The translations under genes and the position numbers were made by a program. A stretch of DNA of 64,000 nucleotides from Chiloscyllium plagiosum (Eukaryota), in NCBI RefSeq assembly GCF_004010195.1, contig NC_057718.1, positions 105,106,300 through 105,170,299 of the forward strand. The letters are read 5' to 3'. Under the pieces are notes generated by a model. That model saw nothing but the letters and a program-made list of their open reading frames with translations, did no database searches and was not told the origin of the DNA. Positions 1 through 13,367 of this stretch are shown piece after piece. Positions within the stretch are counted from its first letter, which is position 1. Each line of letters opens with the position of its first letter.

Positions 1-1699
1 ACTAGTTTTGATTTATTCTTTGCCCTTTCACCGCTTAACCTCTTTGAAATTAATCTGTTTAAGGGATCAAAGGGTATAGGGAGAAAGTGGGAACAGCATA
101 TTGAGTTGGATGATCAGCATGATCATGTTGAAAAGCAGAGAGACATAAGGAGCTGAATGAGCACGCTTGCTCCTATTTTTCTTTATTTCTATAATCCAGG
201 TACTCTGAAATTTAGCATATGTTACACTAAAGTACAACTTTGCCAATGCTAAACCAGCCCATCAGCTATCCCCAATCTCTAGCGCACATCCTGTATTTGT
301 GTGGCTTTGAACATTAATGTCTGAATAGGTTTAATGGTTATGACTTGCTTGTTTCATTCTCTCTTTGAATTGATTGAATTTCTGCTGCTTCTAATTTGTA
401 TTTTTGTATGTGCACTTGGTCATGATTCTTACTAATTCCACTCTCCGTTATTGCTCCTTTATGGCCTTTTAAATAAAAGATGTCTTCTGTATTGTGAGCC
501 ATTGAGGTCACCATTATCAGCAGGAAGGCATTCTTGATGTATGTGTTTATTATGTAAGTTACATTTAACTTTGAATGAAATTTCTTTAAGCTCAGTGCTT
601 GATAATGGATCATTCTTCTTTCCCCAGCCATTTTAACAAAGGGCCAATTTCATTTTACTTGCCGTCTGTGTATGTTCCTGGTGCCTTGTTGCTACTCTGT
701 ATGATGTACTGTCTTTAAAATATGTTGGACAGTTAGAACAAGTTCTCCCTTCACAGTTGGGATTTGACTTTGGCAGCTACTTTTTAAAAAAAAACTAAAT
801 GAAGTTGAGGCTTTTTAAACTATTAAAATGAAAGTTCAAACTTTGTACTTGGTTGTCAAGCCTCTAGTTTGAGGCCTGATCTTAAACTTTAAACTGTTAA
901 CATTTGAAAAGAAGTATGCCAGCTCCTGGAGCATTTGAACTGTTGGAAAACTTTGAGTCAGAAGTCACAAACAGGATAGTAAATTCAATCAGCTTGACTT
1001 TAAATGTATCCTTGGCTTGTGTCTTGAATATTAGATTTACTGAAACATTTGATTTTTGATCCACAATCCCACTGGCTTGTTCTATGTTTCCCACTGGTAC
1101 TTAAGGTTAAAAAGCTTCCTTGAATAACAATCTGAAGAATTAGTATCCAACTCATTAGCTTTTTAAGTTATTGTTGCACTACTTGCTGGGATGGATTGGA
1201 AAGGTAAGGACAACTTTTCTCAAACTTCGTGAATTTGAACAAGAAGTTGGTCAAATCTAATGAGAAAGCTATCTTCATCCCCAGGGTTCATGAGCTTGAA
1301 GCTCTGTTTGTGATATTCAGGTCTTTTAGTGCTTTAAACATATTGTCAACATTTATTTTAAAAAAAACACAAGCTGAACTCTAAGTGAAATAGGATGTGA
1401 TTTGCAATCGGTAGCAATTGAAAGTCTCAAGTTCTGATGAGACAAAAAGGGAACTAGCCAAGGCAAACTGAGATGAAAGTTGCTGAACAGGATTGTGCAT
1501 TAACAATTTTCCAATTGTAATTATTTGGGTACAGACTGGACAGTCGTACTGAAAGTTAAGACTCTGCTCAAGTTGTTGATCATAGGATGAAGTCGAGAAG
1601 TTAAAATATGATTCAGGAGGTGCCTAAGTTTGGTAATACAAGTAATTATTGAATTGAATACAGTAGAGAAATAAACAAAAATAGACTGTTAAACTTCAG

Positions 1700-2523
1700 A
1701 GGGTGCAGAAAAGATTTACAAGGATGTTGCCAAGGTTGGAGGGTATGTGTTATAGGGAGAGGCTGAAAATTCCCTATAGCATCAGAGGCTGAGGGCTGAA
1801 CTTCTCGAGGTTTATAAAATCATGAGAGATGTGGATAGGGTGAGTAGCCAAGGTCCATAAGGCTCTGGTCAGACCACATTTGGAGTATTGTGTGCTGTTT
1901 TGGGCCCTATATATTAGGAAGAATGTATTGGCCCTGGAGTATGTTCAGAGGAGGTTCATAAGAATGGTCCCGGGAATGAAAAGCTTAACATATGAGAAAT
2001 GTTTGAGGACTCTGGGTCTGTACTCTATGATGTTTAGAAGAATAAGGGGGGATCTAATTCAAACATACAAAATACTGAATGGCCTGGACAAAGTGGATGT
2101 TGGGAAGATGTTTCCATTGGGCGGAGAGACTAGGACCCGAGGACACAGCCTTAGAGTAAAGGGAAGACCTTTTAGAACGGAGGGAGGGAGAAACTTCTCA
2201 GCCAGAGAATAGTGAATCTCTGGAATTCATTGGCACAGAAGGCTGTGGAGGCCAGGTCACTGAGTATATTTAAGACAGAGATAGATAGATAGGTTCTTGA
2301 GTATCAATTGGTCTCCCCAATTGTAGATAAAAGAGACCATAAGACATAGGAGCCGAAATCAGGCCATTCAGCCCATCGAGTCTGCTCTGCCATTCAATCA
2401 TGGCTAATAAGTTTCTCAACCCCATTCTCCTGCTTTCTCCCTGTAACCCTTGACCCCCTTGATACTCAAGAACCTATCTATCTATCTCTGTCTTAAATAT
2501 ACTCAGTGACCTGGCCTCCACAG
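1700..2523 (+). mobile_element. CR1 LINE 3' fragments with inverted 3' tail (2308-2523)
   Basis: ORF2 C-terminal motifs (EYC..W.PY.RK...LE.VQRRF, TRGH); tail reversed between 65-bp inverted repeats. Confidence 0.85.
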
Positions 2524-4701
2524 GAATTGGTAAAACAAAGTGAAATGGCACCTGACCCTGACTGCATGCATTGCAACCAAAAAAGCTTTATGGTCAAGAC
2601 ACCATAAAGTATTTCACAGCAAATGAAGTGCACTCTTTGTAAACTGGCATACACACAATTAAACATGCGGTATGGTCTTTGAGATTGACATAAATTAGCT
2701 GGTAATTTGATGGTTACAGTGGATGAGACATAAATATTGGTCAGTAAATGCCTTCAAATAATGGTGGGGTTTGTTTAAATCCACGTAAGCAGATAGGTTT
2801 AACATCAATTAAAAGATGCTGCCACTAACAATGTGGCAGTTTCCAAAGGGAAATCTAGATTATGTATCCTGAAATTCTGCATTGTGGTTTGACCCAGCTT
2901 TTTGCTACTCCGAGGCAAGGGTATCATGTCAAGTTGACACTTAGAAGATGATCAGCAGAAGATGAAAGAGGCTAGAATCTGTTTTTAATGATATAAGTAG
3001 TTATGAGATCTAATGGCCCACCAGTAATAGCGGTAGAAGCATAATCCATAATATGTTTGTAAGTGAAGTGGAGATGTTTTGAAAATTTGTGAAAGCTAAA
3101 ACAAGTTGGTTAGCTTTTGGAGGATAGGTTTCTCCGGCTGATAAATTATAGTACGAACCTTTTCTGTCCAAGCAAATGGTAAGATCAAGATCTTGCAGTA
3201 TATATTTGATAAGACTGGAATCGCGAGAATGAATGTGGAGAACTCCGTTTGCATTGTGCTGGTGCAGGTTACTGTCAATGGTGATTAATGGAAGCAATTT
3301 AAGGTGACTAAATTAAGAGTATCGCAAAAATGTATTGTGTAATCATATTAATGCCTTTGTTTGTCAAGTCTGATGCCCTTTTGGTGCCAGAGTGTCTAGT
3401 GGCAATATCGCTGCAGTATATAAATCTTGTACTATGCTAGGTATGGACTTGTTTTCTATTCAGTGACACTTAATAAATTTCAATATATTTTTCCAGCCTG
3501 GAAGCTGAAATTCCATGTTAACTCTGACTTGTTATAAATTGAATTTGGAGCAATGGCAGTGTTGTCTGTTAAAGCTCCCAGGCTCTTGTGGTAATTGATG
3601 ATCTCCTGGGACTAGAAGGAAAATAGTTCAATCTCTGAAGCTGAAAAATTATGGCATCACTAATGTGGAAATATGAAAACTATTTCCACAGTTCGTAGAC
3701 TGCGTACATGTGTTCTAAATTTAACTGGTGCCAAATTCTGAATTATTAAGAAAGAGTTTTATTGAAAATAAGTTTGTAAAAGATCTAGATGATAATTTTT
3801 AATAAAACTAATGTGAAGCTTTTCTTTGGATTAGGAAGGGCAAAGGAAGAAACAAACAAGAGCATCTTATAAAGAAACCTCTGATGATGAGAATGAATGG
3901 GAGTTTTGAATATTTTAAGTGTTTTGCTAACTGCATATTTAACTAGAGAGCACAACTGCACTCCTTCAACTTTCTTCAGCATATTCGGTATTTGGAGATG
4001 TGCTGAGAGTACATAAGTACAAATGCAATTTAGGTCTGAGAAAGCTTACAATAAATGTGTGGGCATTTTCATGACTTAATTGTTACAATGCACTTGTACA
4101 AACGTGCTGCTTTCTGCCCTGGGTTTATATTTTCTATTTACTGACTACATACTATAAGGAAGTTGCACTTCACATGCACATTTCGTTATCCTTCCTGTAA
4201 CAACAGTGTGTTCCTCAATTTCCAAGACTAGGAAAACAGTGAATAATGGATGATTTCTATGTAGGCAAGATTAAATTTTAATAGGTTGCTTAACCATTTC
4301 TGTACAATAATTGTACTAGAAAAGCAACTTGAAATAAAAGTGAATCCAGCATGACTGTTGAGTTAAAAGTTAAATTTTTATCCTATAATTTTTAATCCAA
4401 GGGAAATGATTGCTGAAGGCAAAGAAGTCAGATGTTTCACATTTTCCTTTTGCTGTTGTAAAAGGCATGTACAATTCAATTGGGAGCCTTCTTACTGTTG
4501 CATAAATATTTTCTCTAATTGATTTTCTTGTGAATTTGCTCTGTGTTTTCCTGCATGTTTATACCAATGATTTATTATAATAGATTCATCATCTTGTGCA
4601 CTATGTATCTGTGAATGTTTGTTTGTTAAATAGTTACACTGTACAGAATATTATGAACTCTCCATGTGGATTGTAGTAAATTCTGTTCTATTTATTTACA
4701 G

Positions 4702-4791
4702 AAGCTTTGAAAACAAATAATGAAAAATCAGTGTCAAGATTCCAAACTCTGAAGAAAAGTCCAAAGTGTGCTAAACCACCTCGCCCAGCTC
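4702..4791 (+). other. PELI1: PELI1 5' UTR part of first coding exon
   Basis: Pyrimidine-rich acceptor tttatttacag ends at 4701; ATG at 4792. Confidence 0.7.
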
Positions 4792-4868
4792 ATGTTTTCT
4801 CCTGATCAAGAAAATCTTTCTTCATCCACCAAAACACCCATTAAATATGGAGAAATCATTGTGTTAGG
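4792..4868 (+). CDS. PELI1: Pellino-1 E3 ubiquitin ligase, coding exon 1 (MFSPDQENLSSSTKTPIKYGEIIVLG)
   Basis: Manual translation matches the PELI1 N-terminus (MFSPDQEN...KYGE.IVLG); donor gg|gtaag, phase 2. Confidence 0.95.
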
Positions 4869-5934
4869 GTAAGCATTGCATGTGTAATTAAGGGAGAAAT
4901 AGAAGGAATTACTGATTATTAAACATTTTGTCCCAAAGCACTGATCCCTGCCCTTTTGATATATATTTAAACAATTTGCTATTTATAAAATATGGTTTAA
5001 AATATGGTAGTCCTCCTTTAAAACTACTAAACGTCGACCGACCTTTTCATCTCCTAGTGACAACAGTATCTCCTCCTTTGACCTGACAGAGTTTTATTAA
5101 AACAATTTCTCTATAAAGCAGAGTACTTTTAAATAATATCAACGAAGGTTGTTGTTAGTTGAGATGATTTAATCTTGATTTTTGAGAAACTCAGCATGTT
5201 TACAGATTATTCTTTTTCTAATGTTGTTTTCCTCTTTTACTTATGATTTCAAACTGGATAGGTTTCCCTAAATTCTGAAATACTTCTGTAGAGTCATACA
5301 GCATAGAAATAGGCCCTTCGGCCCACCACGTTTATGTCAACCAATGAACACCAAACTACACTAATCCCATTGAACCACACTTGGTCCATAGTCTCAGGCT
5401 GAAGGGGGAATCTGATTGTGGGATACAAAATTGAGAGGTATAGACAGAGTATAGATCATTCTCTATGTCTAAGACCAGAGGGTATGTGTTTACGGTGAGG
5501 AACAAGTGGTTTAGATTGGGCTCACCTTGGATCTCTTTGCCTGCGATAAATTACTGTCATATTCTGCATATTTCCTGGCTATTAAATCTGAAGAGAAGTG
5601 GCATATTAAAAAAAAGTATGAAGCAGTTAGTTTATGAAGTTGCCAAAAAAAAGTCTAATTAAAATGATCACATTGAAGCCTTTAAAAAGTTTCATTTTAA
5701 AGTAAACCATCAGCGTACAAAACAGAGAATATGCAGGTGAGTTGAACTTAAAAAGCAATGCAGGCACTTGTCCTTATTATTTACTTTGTCCCTGTCTTGG
5801 GGTTAAATTGTTAAACTTGGCACAGTGATGAAGTGAATAAGATTAATAGATGGCAATTCTTTGGCAGCCTTCCATTGTATAGAGGTCTTTGATTTTGTAC
5901 CTGGGATGTCATCCATCAAATGAATGTGGCTAAT

Positions 5935-6144
5935 CGTTGGTTTAGCGAGTTTATGTCGATGGACTCGGCACACTTCAGGATCTCTTGAGTTATTGACCTT
6001 GTCCTGCTAAGAGATGCTGATAGCATATTTGATGCCTTCACTGTCTCAGATGAATGTCAACATCTCTTAATCAGGACAAGGTCAACAACTTGAGATCCTG
6101 AAGTGTACTAATTCCAACAACATAAACTCACTGTTAACTCAACG
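5935..6144. repeat. Imperfect palindrome with arms of about 95 bp
   Basis: 5947-6032 is reverse-complementary to 6046-6129 (e.g. cacttcaggatctc / gagatcctgaagtg). Confidence 0.8.
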
Positions 6145-6837
6145 CAGTGAACGTGAAAACTGTTCATCTTCTCTTTTGCCGAGGACATTTATCAACTCTC
6201 AGCACGGTAGAGGAGTGTTGGATTGCTAGACTTTTGTGTTCTCAATCAGGTGGCTGTTGTTCCACAACTTCGACATCTCCCACATTGCAAAAATTGTACT
6301 GTTTTGATTTTAGCATTGAGTGGCATTGCTGGTGATTTTGGAGCTGAGATGTGTGAAGTTCTCAATAATCTCCAGCACCACATCAGCAATGCTGATAGAA
6401 ATATCCTGGATCATTTGTCTTCCTGATGCTGATGGGTCAAACCAAACTCTTCCAGGAGTGGTAGAGTTGGTCCATTTGCTGTTTCAGGTGTTCTTCTGTA
6501 TCAACTATTCATACTGCATCATCAGTGCCAAGCCGGTCTTTAAGAACAAGGCATCCTTTGATTTAGATCTCAAATGAGCATGGCTGAACAACCTTCAGTC
6601 AGTTCTGGTACAGAGGAACCTCAATTATCCAAAGGACATGGGCGGGGAGTATTTTGTTCAGTTAATCAAATTCCGGATAATCGAATGCTGGAAAACATAA
6701 GTTTAGCCAAGCATTGGGACCTTGCGATCTTGCCAGGTAATCCAATATTCAGATAATCGGGGTTCCTCTGTGTACAGGTAGGTACCCTCTATAAAATGAC
6801 CTGAAGATCGGTGACAGCAGCAAAGAGAAGAATGTGG

Positions 6838-6963
6838 AAGAAAGTGAGGACTGCAGACGCTGGAGATGAGAGTCGAGAGTGTGGTGCTGGAAAAGCACAG
6901 CTGGTCAGGCAGCATCCGAGGAGGAAGAGAATTGAGGTTTCAAGCATAAACTCTTCATCAGGA
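6838..6963 (-). mobile_element. Short Neptune-like PLE end fragment with decayed hammerhead
   Basis: Reverse strand CTGATGA-AGAGT-TTAT-GCTT-GAAACCTC followed by the shared gatgctgcctgacc...ccagcatctgcag tail. Confidence 0.7.
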
Positions 6964-7396
6964 GAAGAATATGTCAGAGTGTCAGTGCTGGAACACAACC
7001 CTGTTAGACTGTACTATGACTGTCAAAGGTCCTGGAGTTGCCTTATCCTAGGTTGACCTTCCCCATCATGTTGCCATGGAGAAAGGTCAGATTGAGAGCT
7101 TCTGTTGGCAGCCTGATCTCTTCTTTTTCAAGTTGATCATGTCTGCTCCCATAATGAATGCCCTGGTGAGAAGGTTAGTTATTTTATTTGGGGTCTGTAT
7201 ACCACTCATACCAATGTCATCTTTCCCTTGTTTCTTACCTCTGCCCAAATGGACTCTGCAACATTTGAGCCTAGGTCATCTCTCTCATCTGGCCTCGTTT
7301 CAACTCTTATTAATAATGCCCACCCACCACCTGTTCCTCTCGTCGTGTTTCTCGGAAAGGTCAAATGTCCTGAACTTAAAGCTCCCAGTTATTTTT

Positions 7397-7708
7397 AAGA
7401 TTGGATTCCCTACAGTGTGGCAACAGGCCCTTCCGCCCAACAAGTCCACACCCACCCTCCGGGGAGGGAGGGACCCACCCAGACCCATTTTCCTCTGACT
7501 AATGTACCTAACACTTCGGGCAATTTAGCATGGCCAATTCACCTGACCCGCACATCTTTGGGTTGTGGGAGGAAACTGAAGCACCCGGAGGAAACCCACG
7601 TAGACACGGGGAGAATGTGTAAACTCCACACAGACAGTCGCCCAAGGTGGGAATCGAACCTGGGACCCTGGTGCTGTGAGGCAGCAGTGCTAACCACTGA
7701 GCCACTGT
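7397..7708 (-). mobile_element. tRNA-derived V-SINE (HE1-like)
   Basis: A/B boxes, V-domain (gtgtggagttt...ggtttcctcc), CR1-like 3' tail. Confidence 0.85.
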
Positions 7709-7830
7709 ACAGTTTTGATGTTCTTGTAACAATACTTCTGTAATGACTAATTCATTTCCCTTGATGTGTACCATCAATTTGTCCACCTTATTCGGAATGC
7801 TTTCTGCATTAAGATACAAAGTCTTTGAAT

Positions 7831-7955
7831 ATGAAGAAGGGTCACTGAACCCGAAACGTTAACTCTGATTCCTGTCTACAGAAGCTGCCTGACCTGCTAA
7901 GATCTTCCAGCAATTTCTGTTTTTGTTTCAGATCTCCAGCATCCTCAGTTTGTTC
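7831..7955 (+). mobile_element. Short PLE-derived end fragment (variant with GGGT-C-ACTG-A-ACCC stem II)
   Basis: (a)TGAAGA-A-GGGT...ACCC-GAAACGTT followed by the shared tail. Confidence 0.65.
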
Positions 7956-8056
7956 TTTTTCTTTTATCTTTAAATTTGTTCTGTTTTTGAATATCCCTGT
8001 ACATTAATAGTTCCTTGGTACAATATGACACTTACGCTTGTTTTTGTTGGAGATCT

Positions 8057-8319
8057 TTAGATTAGATTAGATTAGATTAGATTACATTACAGTGTGGAAA
8101 CAGGCCCTTCGGCCCAACAAGTCCACACCGACCCGCCGAAGCGCAACCCACCCATACCCCTACATTTACCCCTTACCTAACACTACGGGCAATTTAGCAT
8201 TGCCGATTCACCTGGCCTGCACATCTTTGGACTGTGGGAGGAAACCGGAGCACCTGGAGGAAACCCACGCAGACACGGGGAGAATGTGCAAACTCCACAC
8301 AGTCAGTCGCCTGAGGCGG
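8057..8319 (-). mobile_element. 5'-truncated V-SINE with (ATTAG)n tail
   Basis: V-domain; pentamer tail 8057-8084. Confidence 0.85.
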
Positions 8320-9516
8320 CTACATGATATTTAAGATTATGCACTGTTTGATCAGAGTGAGTCTGTTTAATAACAGACTAAATAGGATATGCTTTTATAT
8401 CTGTATAGCTGGGATGATGTGCCTCTCAACTCCCATTTTGGCTTGCTTTTCTTCTTCATCCTTGCCCTCCACTCCTTTGCTCATCTTCCATTTTGGTAAT
8501 CGTGAGCTTGAAGAGGTAGCTTCTTAGAAGGCCCTGAAAGAGAAAGAAGTGCAAAGCATTATGCAATTTAGCACTTCATCCTTTTCGATTTCTCCTTCAA
8601 TGGTTGCCATCTCTTACTGTTACTTATTGTATCCTGATAGCAGAGCATAGTGGGCATTCCTTGTGGTTTGAAACAATTTTGTAACTAAAGACTGGTGAAA
8701 ATCCCTTGGTAGGATAGCACTTGTGGCTTGAGTGTGATTGTAGATAATCAGTGTTTTGGTTTCACTCCTATCTGGAAAACGGTGACATGTAACCAAAAAG
8801 AGTAATAGTGTTTCCAACTTGTCCCCCTCTTTTCATCCAAATTCTCTTTCCATTTTCCTTGTGCTTTTTGGGAATGTGAACTTGTTACTCAGTGGATTCC
8901 TATTTTGTCTTTATTGATGTGAGATATGTGGGGCAGTTCTCCTATGAAATGAAGACTTCAATGATACAGGCAGCTTCACTTGTTGCCACCTATTAACATA
9001 GGTGCTGCTTGCTTCAATAACTAACTGAGTCAGATCCATATTTTTGCAGTGCCATTGCTTTTTTTATTAATATTTCCAAGATTGTAGTTTATAGAATACT
9101 CTAAATGCCTGATGTTTGTACGTCATATGTGCAGATGTGTTAGGATGGAGGTGATGTGTTCTGTTACCTGGGACATGTGGGGAGTGTGGATTAATTTGAC
9201 TTCTTTGTTCCACAGGTAAAATGTCTTGCAAGTATTTTTAGTTAAATAACTTGTCCAGTCATGGTAAAAGATGCACTGCTGAATTATGCCTATGCAATAT
9301 GTTTCTGGTATTATCTGTACTGGTTTAAATTTGAAACAAAAGAATCTGGTATGTGAACTTTTGGCACCTGAAGAGTTAATCTATCTAATGAAACTTGCCC
9401 TGAAAGTAGGAGAGAATTTAATTATTTACAGTAACCAGAGTTTGGGGTTTAGCTTGAATTGTAAATATTTAATTGCAATATTTTCAAGTGTTAGATTTCT
9501 CCTTCTGTCTTACAAG

Positions 9517-9646
9517 GTACAATGGATCGCTCCCAAATGGAGACCGAGGACGAAGAAAAAGCAGATTTGCTTTGTTTAAAAGGCCAAAGCCAAATGGTGT
9601 GAAACCAAGTACAGTGCATGTTACCTGTACCCCTCAAGCAGAGAAG
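9517..9646 (+). CDS. PELI1: Pellino-1 coding exon 2 (YNGSLPNGDRGRRKSRFALFKRP...TPQAEK)
   Basis: Within ORF 9473..9748; aag acceptor, gt donor at 9647; 130 nt, phase-compatible. Confidence 0.96.
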
Positions 9647-10716
9647 GTACTTCAAATGCAGTTTTCGGTTGATGAATACACTGGAACATTGTTTATCCTG
9701 AACTCTCTTAGGCTGCAAACACTAAAAAGGCATAGTGGGTTAAAATAAAACCATTCCCTCTTCATGGGTGTGATTTCTTTGTATTTCGTTTGGAGCTTGT
9801 TTTAGTGAGAAAGAGAACTGGGGATTCGGGAGATTCACTGGACCGATATTTCCAACTTGTACTGAAGAAATCAGTGGGCTGAAGACAGAGATGAAACTTC
9901 ATGCCAACTTCTGAAATTATTAATGTGTTATGGAAGGAAGAAAAAGTAATTTTTGCACAGATGGAGTCTTATTTCATATTAATTCCAGTGCTACATTTGA
10001 AATATTCATGTGCACCATTTTCAATGGTAGAAAGTTAATAGCAATATTCAGACCCAAGACTAAGTCTGTCTTATCTATACTCTTTCTACTGAAGAAAGAA
10101 AAACAAACTAGGCCCCATAAAAAGAGATGGGGGTCAAAAAATAATAAATTTAATCTAGAACGATCTGAATGTCACAAAGTTCATGTCAAGAAATTGAGTC
10201 GATTGTGGAACCATTGTTTGGAGTCAGCTCCCCATAGTCCACATTAGGTTAGAAAATGTGTTGTAAATTTGATTTTTTTTGTGTGTTTGGTTTCAAGCAT
10301 AATTTGAATGCAAGTTACAGGGTAACATATGTCACTTCTTACAGTTCAGTGATCAGAGCAATTCATTTAGAGTTTAATTAATGATGCTGATTTGAAAGTA
10401 TAAAGATCTGACATCTTTTTGGCATGTTCCTCACTCTGTGATGCCACATAAATTAAATGTGGGTGGATTTCATAGCAGAAGAGTGATGTGCTTTTTATAG
10501 ATACTATTCAAATCTTCCAGCTTTTCCTGCATCAGCACTTTTTCACTGGGGGCTGAAAGCAGATGAATTCAAATTCATTTTCTTCCCATTTACCTTTGAG
10601 ACTGGCAATGGGAGGGATGCCCTGCTGGTTTAATAGGTATATATTCAAACTTTCTGTGCAGATTCACATTACAGATCTTTAACATTCCTGGTTTGTGCCC
10701 AGATTGTGGAGTGCAT

Positions 10717-11060
10717 TTGTTTTTATTCATTTGTGGAAGTGGGCGTCACTGGCTGGCCAACATTTATTGCCTGTCCCTAGTTGCCTTTGAGAAGGTGGTG
10801 GGGAGCTGGCTTTTAAACTGCTGCAGTCCACTTGCTGTGATTGACCCACAATGCCCTTAGGGAGGGAATTCCAGGATTTTGACCTAGTGACAGTGAAGAA
10901 ATGGTGATATATTTCCAAGTCAGGATGGTGAGTGGCTTGGAAGGGAACTTGTAGGGGGATGGTGTTCCCATGTATCTGCTGCCCTTGTCCTTCTGGGTGG
11001 AAGTGGCTGATAGTTTTGGAAAGTGCTGTTTAAGGACCTCTGGTGAATCTTGGGCTGCGA
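10717..11060 (-). mobile_element. LINE 3' end (L2/CR1-like family)
   Basis: Minus-strand ...SKSWNSLP... remnant; related sequence recurs near 61870-62120. Confidence 0.55.
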
Positions 11061-11830
11061 ATGAGAAACAGTCCACTTAATCCTGGCTGAACTGTGTGAG
11101 AACATGTCAAATAAGAACAAATTTAAAATTGGCTATGATGCTTCCCCCCCCAATGGTTACAAAGTTAATTGATACTTGATACCTAGATGCACTTATTTAA
11201 AGCACTTATTTTCTCAGTGTCACTGTTCTGTGCGCATTAGCGATGTCTGAAACCTATGTTTGAGCAATGAAGGAGTTGCTCATGATGCATCTCAGTTGTG
11301 TTGAAAATTCTGGCTGTTCATTGAAAGGCACCAGACTTTCACACCATTCAATATGATTGGGGGCAAGTGGAGTCCAATCACCTGGCTGAACTCTGGATTG
11401 TTGGTTGGCACCAAGGTGTCCATGCTTCCAGCTTCTCCACATGATACCCCCAAATAAGAAGGAAACCGTTGTTAACATTTTAAGGAGTTTATGAAAGGAA
11501 TGAACACAATTACTAAGAAAGAGACTGATGATGAATGTGATATATCATTTGGCAGTTGTTGATGGACTGAAAGTAGTGGGTGATAAAATTGCAGTCCTCT
11601 TTCCATTTTTCCAGTGAACCTGATGGAGATGGTGGATGTGGTGATTGTTGTAGGATCTGTGTGGGCAGGATCATCCCAGTTTAACTGGAATGGTTTGGTA
11701 ATGTGAAAGCTCAAAAATCTGAGCTATCTTTAAAGTTTGCAAGAAAGTGGATCTATTTGCTGGAAACGTACTTCTTTAATCTCATCATTTTCCTTTTGTT
11801 TAATATAGTCTTTCTTTAATTTTTTAATAG

Positions 11831-11932
11831 GCAATAAATAACAAGGACCAACACAGTATTTCATATACACTCTCACGTGCTCAGACAGTGGTGGTAGAAT
11901 ATACACATGACAACAATACAGATATGTTCCAG
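11831..11932 (+). CDS. PELI1: Pellino-1 coding exon 3 (AINNKDQHSISYTLSRAQTVVVEYTHDNNTDMFQ)
   Basis: Manual translation; tag acceptor, cag|gtaac donor; 102 nt. Confidence 0.96.
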
Positions 11933-12348
11933 GTAACTTGTGTTTTGTTTTATTAAGCATTAATGTTCTCGTACAAGTGAAACATTACAGGTAGTTGAAT
12001 ATGACTTTGGCCTAGTTAAAATTCCACAGCTGATTATCTTTTATGTATTTTCATATGAATCAGCTAGGCTGCAATATTTTAAATGTTTTTAAAATAGGAT
12101 CTTAAAAGGATGTACGTAATTTAGATTAAAGGCTCAACATCTTCATGGTACAGGATGTGCTGATCTCTGACATTTGAGGTAACCAAGTGTAGTTTTTATT
12201 TGTGAAATAAACTCATTATAAAAGCAGCTTTTAGAGTCATACGGCACAGAAACAGATCCTTTGGTCCAACCAGTCCATGCGAAGCATAATCCCAAACTCA
12301 CCTAGTTCCACCTGCCTGCTCCTGGCCATATCCATCCAAACCTTTCCA

Positions 12349-13367
12349 GTTCACCAGTGGTGTGCTACAAGGATCAATGCTGGGTCCACTACTTTTCATC
12401 ATTTATATAAATGATTTGGTTGTGAACATAGGAGGCACAGTTAGTAAGTTTGCTGATGACACCAAAATTGGAGGTGTAGTGGACAGCGAAGAGGGTTATC
12501 TCCGATTACAACACGATCTTGATCAGATGGGCCAATGGGCTGAGGAATGGCAGATGGTGTTTAATTTGGGTAAATGTGAGGTGCTGCATTTTGGTAAAAC
12601 AAATCTTAGCAGGACTTATACACTTAATGGAAAGGTCCTAGGGAGAGTTGCTGAATAAAGAGACCTTGGAGTGCAGGTTCATAGATCCTTGAAAATAGAG
12701 TCGCAGGTAGATAGGATAGTGAAGAAGGTGTTTGGTATGCTTTCCTTTGTTGGTCAGAGTATTGAATACAGGAGTCGGGAGGTCATGTTGCGGCTGTACA
12801 GGACGTTGGTTAGGCAACCTTTGAAATATTGCATTCAATTCTGGTCTCCTACCTATCGGAAAGATGTTGTGAAACTTGAAAGGGTTCAGAAAAGATTTAC
12901 AAGGATGTTGCCAGGGTTGGAGGATTTGAGCTATAGGGAGAGGCTGAACAGGCTAGGGCTGTTTTCCCTGGAGCGTCGGAGGCTGAGGGGTGACCGTATA
13001 GAGGTTTATAAAATCATGAGGGACATGGATACGATAAATAGACAAAGTTTTTTCCCTGGGTTGGGGGAGTCCAGAACTAGAGGGCACAGGTATAGGGTGA
13101 GAGGGGAAAGATATAAAGGGAACAAAGGGGCAACTTTTTCACCCAGAGGGTGATGCATGTACGGAATGAGCTGCCAGATTGGAGGTAGTGGAGGCTGGTA
13201 CAATTGCAGCATTTAAAAGGCGTCTGGATAGGTATATGAATAGGAAGGGTTTGGAGAGATATGGGCCAAATGCTGGCAGGTGGGACTAGATTAGGTGAGG
13301 ATATTTGGTTGGCATGGATGAGTTGACCGAAAGGTTTGTTTCTGTGCTGTATGTCTCTATGACTCTA
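12349..13367 (+). mobile_element. CR1 LINE, RT C-terminal half to 3' tail
   Basis: QGSMLGPLLF, KFADDTK motifs and CR1 tail. Confidence 0.92.

Noticed and set aside
338..1094. Short minus-strand ORFs
   Set aside because: No recognisable domain or splice context; likely chance ORFs in PELI1 intron 1
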